From assembly GCA_043810925.1 (NCBI GenBank), contig JBDRNT010000151.1, positions 3,565 to 67,564 of the forward strand: DNA of 64,000 nt, in the 5' to 3' direction. This document shows positions 55,802 through 64,000 of the stretch, in pieces (positions within the stretch are counted from its first letter, which is position 1; every line of letters starts with the position of its first letter). The notes below the pieces were generated by a model. That model was given only the letters and a program-made list of their open reading frames with translations. It was not told where the DNA came from and did no database searches. The stretch is from Candidatus Eiseniibacteriota bacterium. Its GTDB lineage: Bacteria > Arandabacterota > Arandabacteria > Arandabacterales > Arandabacteraceae. The translations under genes and the position numbers were made by a program.

Positions 55802-56500
55802 ATGGAAATCCTAACAGACATCCCCTTTGAACTCGACTCCGATGCACTCGCGAAATACCTGCGAATCAAACCCGATACGGAAGATGCCCGGGAATTCGGC
55901 GATTTCCTCGACAAGGCACGGGCTGTCGGCAGACCGAAGGCCGTCTTCATGGAATGTTATGTCGAAGGAAGGGGAGATGATTCGGTCAACATAGCCGGGG
56001 TCACGTTCACCAGCCGGGCGCTCAGGGCAAATCTGGACAGAGTCGAACGTGTGTTCCCCTATGTCGCCACGTGTGGCGACGAGCTTGCCGGTCTCGATAT
56101 ACCGGCAGACGATATCATCAAGCGGTTCTGGCTCGACACAATCCAGGGGACGCTGCTCTCATTCAGCACCAGCCACCTGAAAGCCCATCTGACCGGGAAG
56201 TACCGGCTCGGCAAGACGGCAACCATGAGCCCGGGATCCGGTGATGTCATGGTCTGGCCGATCGAACAGCAGAGGGAGCTCTTCTCGCTGCTTGGCGACG
56301 TTAAGAGTCTGATCGGGGTTGAGCTGACCGACAGTTGCTTCATGTTGCCGATCAAGAGTGTATCGGGTATTCGCTTTCCCACCGAAGTCGGTTTTGAGAG
56401 CTGCCAGCTCTGCCATCGAGAGGATTGTCCTTCAAGATCTGCTCCCTTTGACAGGCAATTGTGGCATTCGATCCAGGATGGTCTTAAGCCGGAGACATAG
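55802..56500 (+). CDS. stand-alone cobalamin-dependent methionine synthase activation-domain-like protein
   Basis: 'YVATCG', 'MSPGSG...WPIEQQ.ELF', 'IGVELT.S..MLPIKSVSG', C-terminal CxxCxxxxC. Confidence 0.75.
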   Translation: MEILTDIPFELDSDALAKYLRIKPDTEDAREFGDFLDKARAVGRPKAVFMECYVEGRGDDSVNIAGVTFTSRALRANLDRVERVFPYVATCGDELAGLDIPADDIIKRFWLDTIQGTLLSFSTSHLKAHLTGKYRLGKTATMSPGSGDVMVWPIEQQRELFSLLGDVKSLIGVELTDSCFMLPIKSVSGIRFPTEVGFESCQLCHREDCPSRSAPFDRQLWHSIQDGLKPET

Positions 56501-56646
56501 CAATCGCGCAGGGCCTGTGACCAAGAGCGGTTTGAAGTTGGGACGCCGGACGTTGCACGAGGAGCAATTACGTTGACAACCGCCTGATTCTGGGATAATT
56601 GGGAGATATGCAGGGCCGGCTCAACACAGGAAAGGGAGGTCCCGAT

Positions 56647-57027
56647 ATGACATTCAGAACACTCTTAACCGTCAAGGCCGTTGTCTGTCTGGTTTTTGGC
56701 GTCTTCCTCCTATTCTTACCTCGCTTGCTGCTCGACATTCTGGGCGGCTCACTGGGCTCTGCCGGGACCTTCACAGCGCGAGAATATGGTGCAGCGCTTT
56801 TTGGGACCCTCATGCTTACCTGGTTTGCAAGAAACATGGCAGAATCAAGAGCGCGGCGCCCTATTCTCCTCCATCTTCTCGTATATGATGCCATCGGTTT
56901 CGTCGTGACACTTCTAGCTGTACTATCGGGGGTGCTGAATCTGATCGGTTGGGGCATCGTAGTTGTGTATCTGTTCTTTGCTCTCGGCTCCGGATATCTG
57001 CTTATTGCAAAGACAGCCAAAGCGTAG
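56647..57027 (+). CDS. hypothetical 4-TM membrane protein
   Basis: GGAGG RBS; four hydrophobic segments. Confidence 0.7.
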   Translation: MTFRTLLTVKAVVCLVFGVFLLFLPRLLLDILGGSLGSAGTFTAREYGAALFGTLMLTWFARNMAESRARRPILLHLLVYDAIGFVVTLLAVLSGVLNLIGWGIVVVYLFFALGSGYLLIAKTAKA

Positions 57028-57157
57028 AAATCATGGTGGCGGACTGACCTGCACATGAACATGGCGGTTGGGTGGCCCCATCGGATACGATGGAGAAGAC
57101 ATCAGAAGCCTTAGGGTGGACGCTTGAGCGGACTCGTTTATCGGGAGGTGGCCGACA

Positions 57158-57481
57158 ATGGAAGACAAGACGCCCCTTATTAGTGATGCGTTCAAATCCT
57201 TCATGAAGAATGCTCCAGAGCATTCAAAAGCATGGTTTGAATTGGTCCAGGCATTGGCCAAGGCCAGTGCCCTGGATAAGAAGACCGGTGAGCTTGCCTA
57301 CATATCTGTGTTGGCCGCTTTGAACCGGGTAAGCGGCATCCCGTTCCATGTTGCGTCAGCCAAGAAATCAGGTGCAACACGAGATGAGATCATAAGTGCA
57401 GTACTGATTGGTTTACCGGCAGCCGGCCACATCGTCACACAGGCCTTGCCGCCTGCTTTGCAGGCGTACGATGCCCAGTAG
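57158..57481 (+). CDS. carboxymuconolactone decarboxylase (CMD/AhpD-like) family protein
   Basis: 'ALDKKTGELAYISVLAA...IPFHV..AK..GATRDEI...LPAAG'. Confidence 0.85.
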   Translation: MEDKTPLISDAFKSFMKNAPEHSKAWFELVQALAKASALDKKTGELAYISVLAALNRVSGIPFHVASAKKSGATRDEIISAVLIGLPAAGHIVTQALPPALQAYDAQ

Positions 57482-57500
57482 CGGATCGGTGAGGACACGG

Positions 57501-58988
57501 ATGAAGATCGCGCTCGTGTTGCTGTTGGTGTCCCTTACGGGGATGTCATGCGGTGGTGACCCCGGCTCGGGCGATCCCGACGGGCACGAGCTCCGGCTGA
57601 TCGACGGTACCAGCATCTCCGCAGATGAAATGGAACGCTATGTCACTGCAGTGATGGATAGCGCCGGTGTGACGGGTCTTCAGATGGCGATCATAAATGA
57701 CGGCAGGGTGGTCTACACGCACGAGTTCGGTCTCAAGAGCAGGAGGTCGGGTCTTCCCCCGGATTCCGGGACGGTGTTTGCCGGCTGCTCTTTCGGCAAG
57801 CCGGTATTCGCATACCTGGTAATGCAGCTCGTGGAGGACGGAACCCTGGATCTCGACCGCCCCCTGGCTGACTACCTCGACGGACCCCTTGAAGATTACG
57901 TCATGTGGAGCGCTCTTAAGGATGACGGTCGGATGCGGGAGATTACTGCTCGCAGAGTGCTTACGCACACGACCGGTTGGCCCAACCTGCGTATGCAGAT
58001 GGAGGGAGGCACACTCGGGTTCGTTTATCCGCCCGGCGAACGGTTCAGTTACAGCGGTGAAGGGTTCGATTTCATGCAGTTTGTCGTCGAGCAGGTAACG
58101 GGAACGTCCGTTGCTGTGCCGGCCCGGGAAAAGATCTTCGCCCCGCTGGATATGTCGCGGACGAGCTATGTCTGGAGTGAAGCCTTCGAGTCCAACCACG
58201 CGGACGGGCATACAGAGGAACAGAGGCGCATCAAGATCAACCGGCGTTCAAAACCGAGTGCGGGAGGGTCGCTGGTGACCACCGCATCGGACTTCGCGAG
58301 ATTCGTTGTCGCCATTCTGAATGCGGAGGGCCTGAGTCAAGGTTCGATCGACCAGATGCTCTCAGCACAAGTCCCCGTGCTGTCGGCGCGAATGTTCGGT
58401 CCCCTGGCAAAGGACACAACGGAGACCAGCAGGCCCATCCATCTATCCTGGGGGCTCGGGTGGGGCCTCTTCGAGAGTGAATATGGACGGGCATTCTTTC
58501 ACACGGGGCACGATGTTGGGTGGGAAAACTACACCGTTACATATCTTAACAAGAAGATCGGGATCGTCCTCTTGAGTAACAGCTCCAACTTCGAAAGCAT
58601 AGCCGGGCGGATCGTGAGACGCGCGATCGGGGACAGCCGTTCACCCTTTGAGTGGCTGGGCTTCGAACCGTTCGACCCTCTGGTACCGCCACCGCCGCCT
58701 GAGCCGGAGCGAGAGACGGTGCCCATAGACCCTGCGATACTGAGTTCCGTGGTTGGTGAATACCAGGTTGAGCCGGGCGTTTCGATCGTGTTAGAGGTGA
58801 GGGATGGCAGCCTGGTCGGATCGGGTGAGGGCAAGTACTGGGACGAAGTAATGGCCGTATCCGAAACAGAATTCTTCATAGACGGGAAGCCGTGGGTCTT
58901 TACCTTCACCCGGGACTGTGACGGCGTCGTGACGGACATGGTGATCCTGTACGAAGGTCTGAAGATCCCGGCCAAAAAGATCAGATAG
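57501..58988 (+). CDS. serine hydrolase (beta-lactamase class C-like) lipoprotein with C-terminal DUF3471-like domain
   Basis: Lipobox-like 'GMSC'; SxxK (SFGK), 'LTHTTG', 'FSYSGEG', 'HTG'. Confidence 0.85.
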   Translation: MKIALVLLLVSLTGMSCGGDPGSGDPDGHELRLIDGTSISADEMERYVTAVMDSAGVTGLQMAIINDGRVVYTHEFGLKSRRSGLPPDSGTVFAGCSFGKPVFAYLVMQLVEDGTLDLDRPLADYLDGPLEDYVMWSALKDDGRMREITARRVLTHTTGWPNLRMQMEGGTLGFVYPPGERFSYSGEGFDFMQFVVEQVTGTSVAVPAREKIFAPLDMSRTSYVWSEAFESNHADGHTEEQRRIKINRRSKPSAGGSLVTTASDFARFVVAILNAEGLSQGSIDQMLSAQVPVLSARMFGPLAKDTTETSRPIHLSWGLGWGLFESEYGRAFFHTGHDVGWENYTVTYLNKKIGIVLLSNSSNFESIAGRIVRRAIGDSRSPFEWLGFEPFDPLVPPPPPEPERETVPIDPAILSSVVGEYQVEPGVSIVLEVRDGSLVGSGEGKYWDEVMAVSETEFFIDGKPWVFTFTRDCDGVVTDMVILYEGLKIPAKKIR

Positions 58989-59038
58989 AGACGCCACGAT
59001 GGATGCATAGCAGGAGCTGGCGAGAAGGGGGGAAGCAC

Positions 59039-59512
59039 ATGGGGGACTATTCAACCCAACCGTTAGCGGATGTCCGGTTGGAAGATCTTGCGTGGCTTGA
59101 GGGCTTCTGGTCGGGACAGGTGGATGGGGGTGAGGCGGATGAAGTCTGGTCGGGGGTGTCGGCTGGTGCAATGATGGGGATGTTCCGGAGCGTTTCCAAA
59201 GGCAAAGTACGGTTCTATGAGTTTATGACGATCACGAAGGGTTCCGAACGGACAGGTCTTACGATAAAGCACTTCGACTCCGCTCTCGTAGGTTGGGAGG
59301 AGAAGGACGGCGCTGCAAGGTTCGTTCTTACAGAAGCCACCGGAAAACGTGCGGTCTTTCATCAAACCTCTGGTGATAAGCAGTTGTGGCTGGTGTATGA
59401 GAATGTCGGCGCGTCGGAACTGCAGGTATACTTCCGACCGATCGAAAACTCACCCGTCGGGGACACTGTGTTCTCCTTTCGCCGTCGCGCGGGCGTTGAC
59501 CCTGCGGACTGA
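59039..59512 (+). CDS. DUF6265-like hypothetical protein
   Basis: 'LAWLEGFWSG...EVWS....MMGMFR...FYEFM...KHFD..L.GWEEK'. Confidence 0.7.
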   Translation: MGDYSTQPLADVRLEDLAWLEGFWSGQVDGGEADEVWSGVSAGAMMGMFRSVSKGKVRFYEFMTITKGSERTGLTIKHFDSALVGWEEKDGAARFVLTEATGKRAVFHQTSGDKQLWLVYENVGASELQVYFRPIENSPVGDTVFSFRRRAGVDPAD

Positions 59513-59523
59513 CCGGGCGGCTC

Positions 59524-59916
59524 GTGAAGGAGCCACACGCATTTGGTGAGGTGAATCCCTGGTTCGCTACGGTTGAATCGGGGGCTGAGGTATGCGCTGC
59601 CGCGATGCGTACTCCTCCTCATAACCTCATTCTCTCGTTTTTCGGCGGCGATCCAGAGAGGATCTTGAGTGCGCTGATTCCCGCTGTTACGGAGGCTTTC
59701 GGCAGCATACCGGGTGTGATAGGACACCACCTGAGAAACGCGGCAGGGGTTATGCCACGGCATGCGTGGCGTCGCTCTGCAGGCAACCTCTTGGAAGCGG
59801 GTATCCACTTCTGTGTTCTTTATGCGGATTCGGCGAACCGGACGTCAAATGACCTATACAGGCGCATTGGTTTCACTGAAGCCGGTGACTCAGTTAGACT
59901 GCGGTTCGACCGGTAG
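59524..59916 (+). pseudogene. truncated/degenerate GNAT acetyltransferase remnant
   Basis: Only the C-terminal motif 'CVLYADSANRTSNDLYRRIGF' and 'AAAMRTPPHNL' resemble GNAT proteins; the acetyl-CoA-binding RxxG loop is not evident. Confidence 0.5.
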
Positions 59917-59988
59917 GGTCTCCGCCGGCATCCGGATTGGATTTGCCCTCCCCGCCCCGAGGGCCGGGGCGCCCGTACCCCTTTCCGC

Positions 59989-60018
59989 TTGACCCTGTGT
60001 TTGGGCCTCAGTTATATT
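59989..60018 (+). promoter_or_regulatory. putative promoter of the tRNA-tig operon
   Basis: TTGACC-18 nt-TATATT. Confidence 0.5.
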
Positions 60019-60046
60019 AGGTTGAACATCGGGCACACTCGTGTAA

Positions 60047-60131
<85 letters not shown>

Positions 60132-60151
60132 TGGAAGGAGCTTAAGTTACG

Positions 60152-61441
60152 ATGACGACAGATGGTGGAGAGTACCTCAAAGAGGTCAAAAGCCCCACCA
60201 ACCTCAAGCGAGTTCTTCAGTTTGAGATCCCCCGGGAGCGTGTGGATCTGGAAGTTGATGGCATCATGCGGGATATAAAGAAGGAAATCGCGTTGCCCGG
60301 ATTCAGAAAGGGAAAGGCGCCGCTTGACATGATCAAGGCGCGGTTTGCGGAAACGGCTCAGAAGGAAGCGATCGAGAAACTGATTCCGGAAGCCTACCAG
60401 CAAGCACTGGAGAAAGGGTCGTTTCGTCCTGTGATACCTGCAGAGATAAGTAACATGGATTACGGCGCCGAAGGTCCGCTCTCATTTGAAATAGCGATCG
60501 AGCTTTTTCCCGAGGTGGAAATCGATAAATACAAGGGTATCAAAGCCAGGAAGGAAACCAAGACCATTGAGGACACCGACATCGACAAGGAACTCGAGGG
60601 GCTCCGGCAGCGTCTTGCCCAGTTTGAGAAGCTCGACTGCGAAGCCGAGACCGGCAATGTCGTTGTGATGGACTACTGGCGGGTCGGGACCGACGAGAAG
60701 ATGGTACCCGGAAGCAAGGTCACCGGCTACCCGACGGAGATCGGTGCCGGCGGGCTCGTTAAGGACTTTGATGACGCTCTTATCGGGGTGAAGAAGGGTG
60801 ACCGCAAGACCGTAGAGGTCACCTATCCCGATGATTTCCCGCAGGAGGAAATGAGAGGCAGCTCCGTCACTTTCGGATTCGAGGTCCTGGAGGTCGGCAA
60901 GAAGATACTCCCCGAGATCGGTGAGGAGTTCGCGAAGACCCTCGGTCTTGACTCGATGGAGTCGGTGCGGTCCAAGATCAACGAAGGTCTTGCGGCCTCG
61001 CATGAACAGGAGTCCATCCGGAAGATGAAGCAGGAGATTCTTCACTCAATCGTAAAAGACAGCCGTTTTGAGGTGCCGGACGGCCTTGTAAACATGGGTC
61101 TCGAGTCGATGATGAAGTCGTATAAGGACGAGCATGAGAAAGCCGAAGCCGGTGAGGCACAGAAGAAACTTGACGAAATCCGCGAACAACTTCGGCCGCT
61201 TGCGGTCAATATTGTAAAGGAGCAATTCATTATTGACGACATAGCTAAGAGAGAAAAGATCGCGGTCGGGGATGATGAGATAGAAGAAGTTCTCAAATCG
61301 ATAGCAGACAGGACCGGGATTTCGATCGATGAAGCAAGGCGGCGAGCCGCCGAGTCCGATGAAATCGGACGCTGGCGCAGAGACATTCTTAAAGGCAAGG
61401 TACTTGACTTCCTGCTTGAACATGCCGACGTCAAGAAGTGA
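60152..61441 (+). CDS. tig: trigger factor
   Basis: '[10 protein letters not shown]'; FKBP-like middle domain; position between tRNA-Leu and clpP. Confidence 0.95.
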   Translation: MTTDGGEYLKEVKSPTNLKRVLQFEIPRERVDLEVDGIMRDIKKEIALPGFRKGKAPLDMIKARFAETAQKEAIEKLIPEAYQQALEKGSFRPVIPAEISNMDYGAEGPLSFEIAIELFPEVEIDKYKGIKARKETKTIEDTDIDKELEGLRQRLAQFEKLDCEAETGNVVVMDYWRVGTDEKMVPGSKVTGYPTEIGAGGLVKDFDDALIGVKKGDRKTVEVTYPDDFPQEEMRGSSVTFGFEVLEVGKKILPEIGEEFAKTLGLDSMESVRSKINEGLAASHEQESIRKMKQEILHSIVKDSRFEVPDGLVNMGLESMMKSYKDEHEKAEAGEAQKKLDEIREQLRPLAVNIVKEQFIIDDIAKREKIAVGDDEIEEVLKSIADRTGISIDEARRRAAESDEIGRWRRDILKGKVLDFLLEHADVKK

Positions 61442-61463
61442 GTCTTCACCGAGGAGGAGGCAA

Positions 61464-62066
61464 ATGGGACTGGTTCCGATCGTTGTAGAGCAATCTGGAC
61501 GCGGGGAGAGAGCTTATGACATATTCTCCCGACTCCTGAAGGACAGGATTGTCTTTATTGGCACCGGCATAGATGAAAATGTGGTCAATCTGACGATTGC
61601 GCAGATGCTCTTTCTTGAGGCAGAGGATCCCGACAAGGACATCTATCTGTACATAAACTCCCCCGGCGGCATACTTCCGGCGGGTCTTGCGATCTATGAC
61701 ACGATTCAGTACATAAAGCCGGACGTTGCCACGATCTGTATGGGTCAGGCGGCGAGTCTGGCGGCTCTCATCCTTGCAGCCGGCACAAGGGGGAAGCGTT
61801 CGGCGTTACCTCACGCGAGGGTGATGATCCACCAGCCATTGGGAGGAAGCCAGGGTCAGGCTAGGGACATAGAGATATACACCAAGGAGATTGTGACCCT
61901 GAGAGAGAGATTAAACGAGATACTGTCGGGCCACACGGGGCAGACCCTTGAAACCATCCAGAAGGATACGGACCGGAACTTCTTCATGTCGGCTGAGGAA
62001 GCCAAGACCTACGGTATAATCGATGAGGTGATATTTAAGAAGCAGTTACCAGGAGTCAAACCGTGA
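61464..62066 (+). CDS. clpP: ATP-dependent Clp protease proteolytic subunit
   Basis: '[15 protein letters not shown]', 'YINSPGG', 'GQAASL', 'MIHQP'; ATG after GAGGAGG. Confidence 0.97.
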   Translation: MGLVPIVVEQSGRGERAYDIFSRLLKDRIVFIGTGIDENVVNLTIAQMLFLEAEDPDKDIYLYINSPGGILPAGLAIYDTIQYIKPDVATICMGQAASLAALILAAGTRGKRSALPHARVMIHQPLGGSQGQARDIEIYTKEIVTLRERLNEILSGHTGQTLETIQKDTDRNFFMSAEEAKTYGIIDEVIFKKQLPGVKP

Positions 62067-63325
62067 AACGAAAAGCTGGCGTACGACGTCAAATCTCATG
62101 CTCCTTCTGCGGGAGAAGCAAGGAAGAAGTCTCAAGACTGGTATCCGGACAGAATGTCTATATCTGCAGTGACTGTATAAAGCTGTGCAGCGCGATTCTC
62201 GATGACGATCCAAAGAAAGACACGGTCGCCCCCAGGAAGAGTCTCCCGAAGCCGACGGAGATCAAGAAATTCCTCGACCAGTATGTAATCGGCCAGGAAC
62301 GCGCTAAGAAGATACTCTCAGTTGCGGTCTACAACCACTACAAACGCATAACCGCACCCAAAGCCAAGAACGGTGTTGAGATCGATAAGAGCAATATCCT
62401 CCTGATCGGACCGACGGGTGTGGGAAAGACCCTGCTGGCCGAGACACTGGCGCGGTTTTTACATGTTCCGTTCGCGATCGTCGATGCGACGGCCTTTACG
62501 GAAGCCGGTTATGTCGGAGAGGATGTCGAGAACATCCTCGCCAGGCTGCTCCAGAACGCCGACTACAACCTCGCAGCCGCCGAGAAGGGCATTGTCTACG
62601 TTGACGAGCTGGATAAGATCGCTCGGAAGCAGGACAACCCATCGATAACCAGGGATGTCTCCGGTGAAGGCGTCCAGCAGGCCATGCTCAAGATACTCGA
62701 GGGTACGATCGCAAATGTACCGCCGCAGGGCGGACGGAAGCACCCGCAGCAACGTTTCATCGAGGTGAATACCAAGGACATCCTCTTCATATGCGGTGGA
62801 TCGTTCGACGGGCTTGAAAGGATAATCGAACGGAGAATGAGAAGCAGCTCAATCGGATTCGGGGCGGATGTAAGGAGGAAAAAGGAGAGGAAACTGAGCG
62901 AGACGCTGACCTTTGCAGAACCGGATGATCTCCTGAAGTACGGTTTCATTCCCGAGCTGGTGGGGCGACTGCCCGTCGTGTGCTCCCTGGAGGAACTCGA
63001 TGAGGATGCGTTGGTGACGATCCTCACTCAGCCCAAGAGTGCTCTCTGCAAGCAGTACCAGAGGATCTTCGAGCTCGAAGGGATCACGCTTGACTTCGAA
63101 GAGAGAGCGCTGCAAGCGATCGCAGGCAAGGCGTTTAAGCGTAACACCGGCGCACGGGGCTTAAGATCCGTCCTCGAAGACAGGATGCTTGACCTGATGT
63201 TCGATCTGCCGGCGAGAAAAGACGTCAAAGGCTGCACCATAACCCGGGATTTTATTGTTTCCGGGGCGGAACCCGAGATAAGCCATACGGCGTCAAGGAA
63301 GAAGCGGAGGCAACGTTCTGCCTGA
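62063..63325 (+). CDS. clpX: ClpX ATPase
   Basis: Zn finger [17 protein letters not shown], '[10 protein letters not shown]', 'IGF'. Confidence 0.98.
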   Translation: MKRKAGVRRQISCSFCGRSKEEVSRLVSGQNVYICSDCIKLCSAILDDDPKKDTVAPRKSLPKPTEIKKFLDQYVIGQERAKKILSVAVYNHYKRITAPKAKNGVEIDKSNILLIGPTGVGKTLLAETLARFLHVPFAIVDATAFTEAGYVGEDVENILARLLQNADYNLAAAEKGIVYVDELDKIARKQDNPSITRDVSGEGVQQAMLKILEGTIANVPPQGGRKHPQQRFIEVNTKDILFICGGSFDGLERIIERRMRSSSIGFGADVRRKKERKLSETLTFAEPDDLLKYGFIPELVGRLPVVCSLEELDEDALVTILTQPKSALCKQYQRIFELEGITLDFEERALQAIAGKAFKRNTGARGLRSVLEDRMLDLMFDLPARKDVKGCTITRDFIVSGAEPEISHTASRKKRRQRSA

Positions 63326-63367
63326 ACCAGTCAGACCTGCCGGGTACGCACGGATCAGTGATGTGAA

Positions 63368-63940
63368 ATGAACGTCGAATTCCTCGGGAGTTTTACAAGC
63401 GATACGCTTCCTGCCGGATCCCATCCTGAAGTAGCCGTTGCAGGCCGGTCCAATGTCGGTAAATCATCCTTCATAAATACCGTGCTCACCAGACGGAGCA
63501 TCGCCCGCGTGAGTTCTACTCCCGGGAAGACCCGGACCGTCAACCTCTATCTGTGCGACAGCGCTTTCGTGCTTGCGGACCTTCCGGGCTATGGTTACTC
63601 GAAAGCCCCCAAGACCGAGAAGGCGAGGTGGACACGGGATGTCGATGTCTATCTGACGAAGAGAAGCAACTTGAAAGGAATCGTGCTCATTGTCGACATC
63701 AGGCATTTCCCTTTGCCGATCGATAGTGAGGCAATCGAATGGTTCTCATCTCTCGGCCGTCCGCTCTTGATCGTGTTCACCAAGGCGGATAAGCTCAAAC
63801 GGCGTGAACTCAGCCGGCGTGAGTCCGATATCTCTGGCATCTGCAGGGAGAAGAAGATAGAATATGCTGTGTTTTCTGCGAAGACGAATCTGGGAAAAAA
63901 GGAAGTCTCAGGTTGGATAAGGAAAACCGCACGTTCTTAA
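63368..63940 (+). CDS. yihA: ribosome biogenesis GTPase YihA/YsxC (EngB)
   Basis: GRSNVGKSS, TPGKT, DLPGYG, TKADK. Confidence 0.95.
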   Translation: MNVEFLGSFTSDTLPAGSHPEVAVAGRSNVGKSSFINTVLTRRSIARVSSTPGKTRTVNLYLCDSAFVLADLPGYGYSKAPKTEKARWTRDVDVYLTKRSNLKGIVLIVDIRHFPLPIDSEAIEWFSSLGRPLLIVFTKADKLKRRELSRRESDISGICREKKIEYAVFSAKTNLGKKEVSGWIRKTARS

Positions 63941-64000
63941 GTCTCTTCACTCCGGGCCCGGTGGATATATCGGATGAAGCCCGAGACGGACTCCAGGCAC
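63913..64000 (+). CDS. probable class-V PLP aminotransferase, 3'-truncated by the window edge
   Basis: TTG 63913 gives MDKENRTFLSLFTPGPVDISDEAR...; 'LFTPGP' is the usual N-terminal motif of this family. Confidence 0.55.
   Translation, partial: MDKENRTFLSLFTPGPVDISDEARDGLQA

Overview
Gene-dense bacterial window of moderately high GC, almost all on the + strand. It probably comes from a Gram-negative FCB-superphylum lineage such as Eisenbacteria, Krumholzibacteria or Latescibacteria; this is inferred from the LptD-like gene, the FlgD/CHU_C-type C-terminal sorting domain with a PorV-like partner, and a 'TWGxIK' C-terminal motif. Much of it is housekeeping: three HU genes, groES/groEL, rpoZ, archease-rtcB-lon, a surface polysaccharide cluster, and tRNA-Leu-tig-clpP-clpX-yihA. 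Two loci stand out. (1) An envelope redox cluster at 1.8-6.2 kb hides two probable selenoproteins missed by the ORF track. One is a secreted UshA-like metallophosphoesterase with a C-G-U motif fused to a tetraheme cytochrome c (3765-5141, UGA at 3912). The other is a 45-aa membrane peptide with U-x-x-C (5138-5275, UGA at 5249). Each UGA is followed by a bacterial SECIS-like hairpin. (2) An ~18.4 kb alpha-glucan utilisation locus at 7.7-26.1 kb has no SusC/SusD. It is built from a 2081-aa duplicated DOMON-like surface protein with a secretion CTD, a PorV-like barrel fused to coiled-coil+LysM, two unknown outer-membrane barrels (one with an N-terminal CBM48-like module), a double-CBM48 lipoprotein, a sugar ABC transporter (binding-protein gene split by a 1-nt G-run frameshift) and a GH57 amylopullulanase. 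Also notable are a Lon protease with a histone-H1-like pentapeptide-repeat N-terminal tail and a GGGGTCAG REP-like repeat family. All calls come from reading motifs by eye; no database searches were run.
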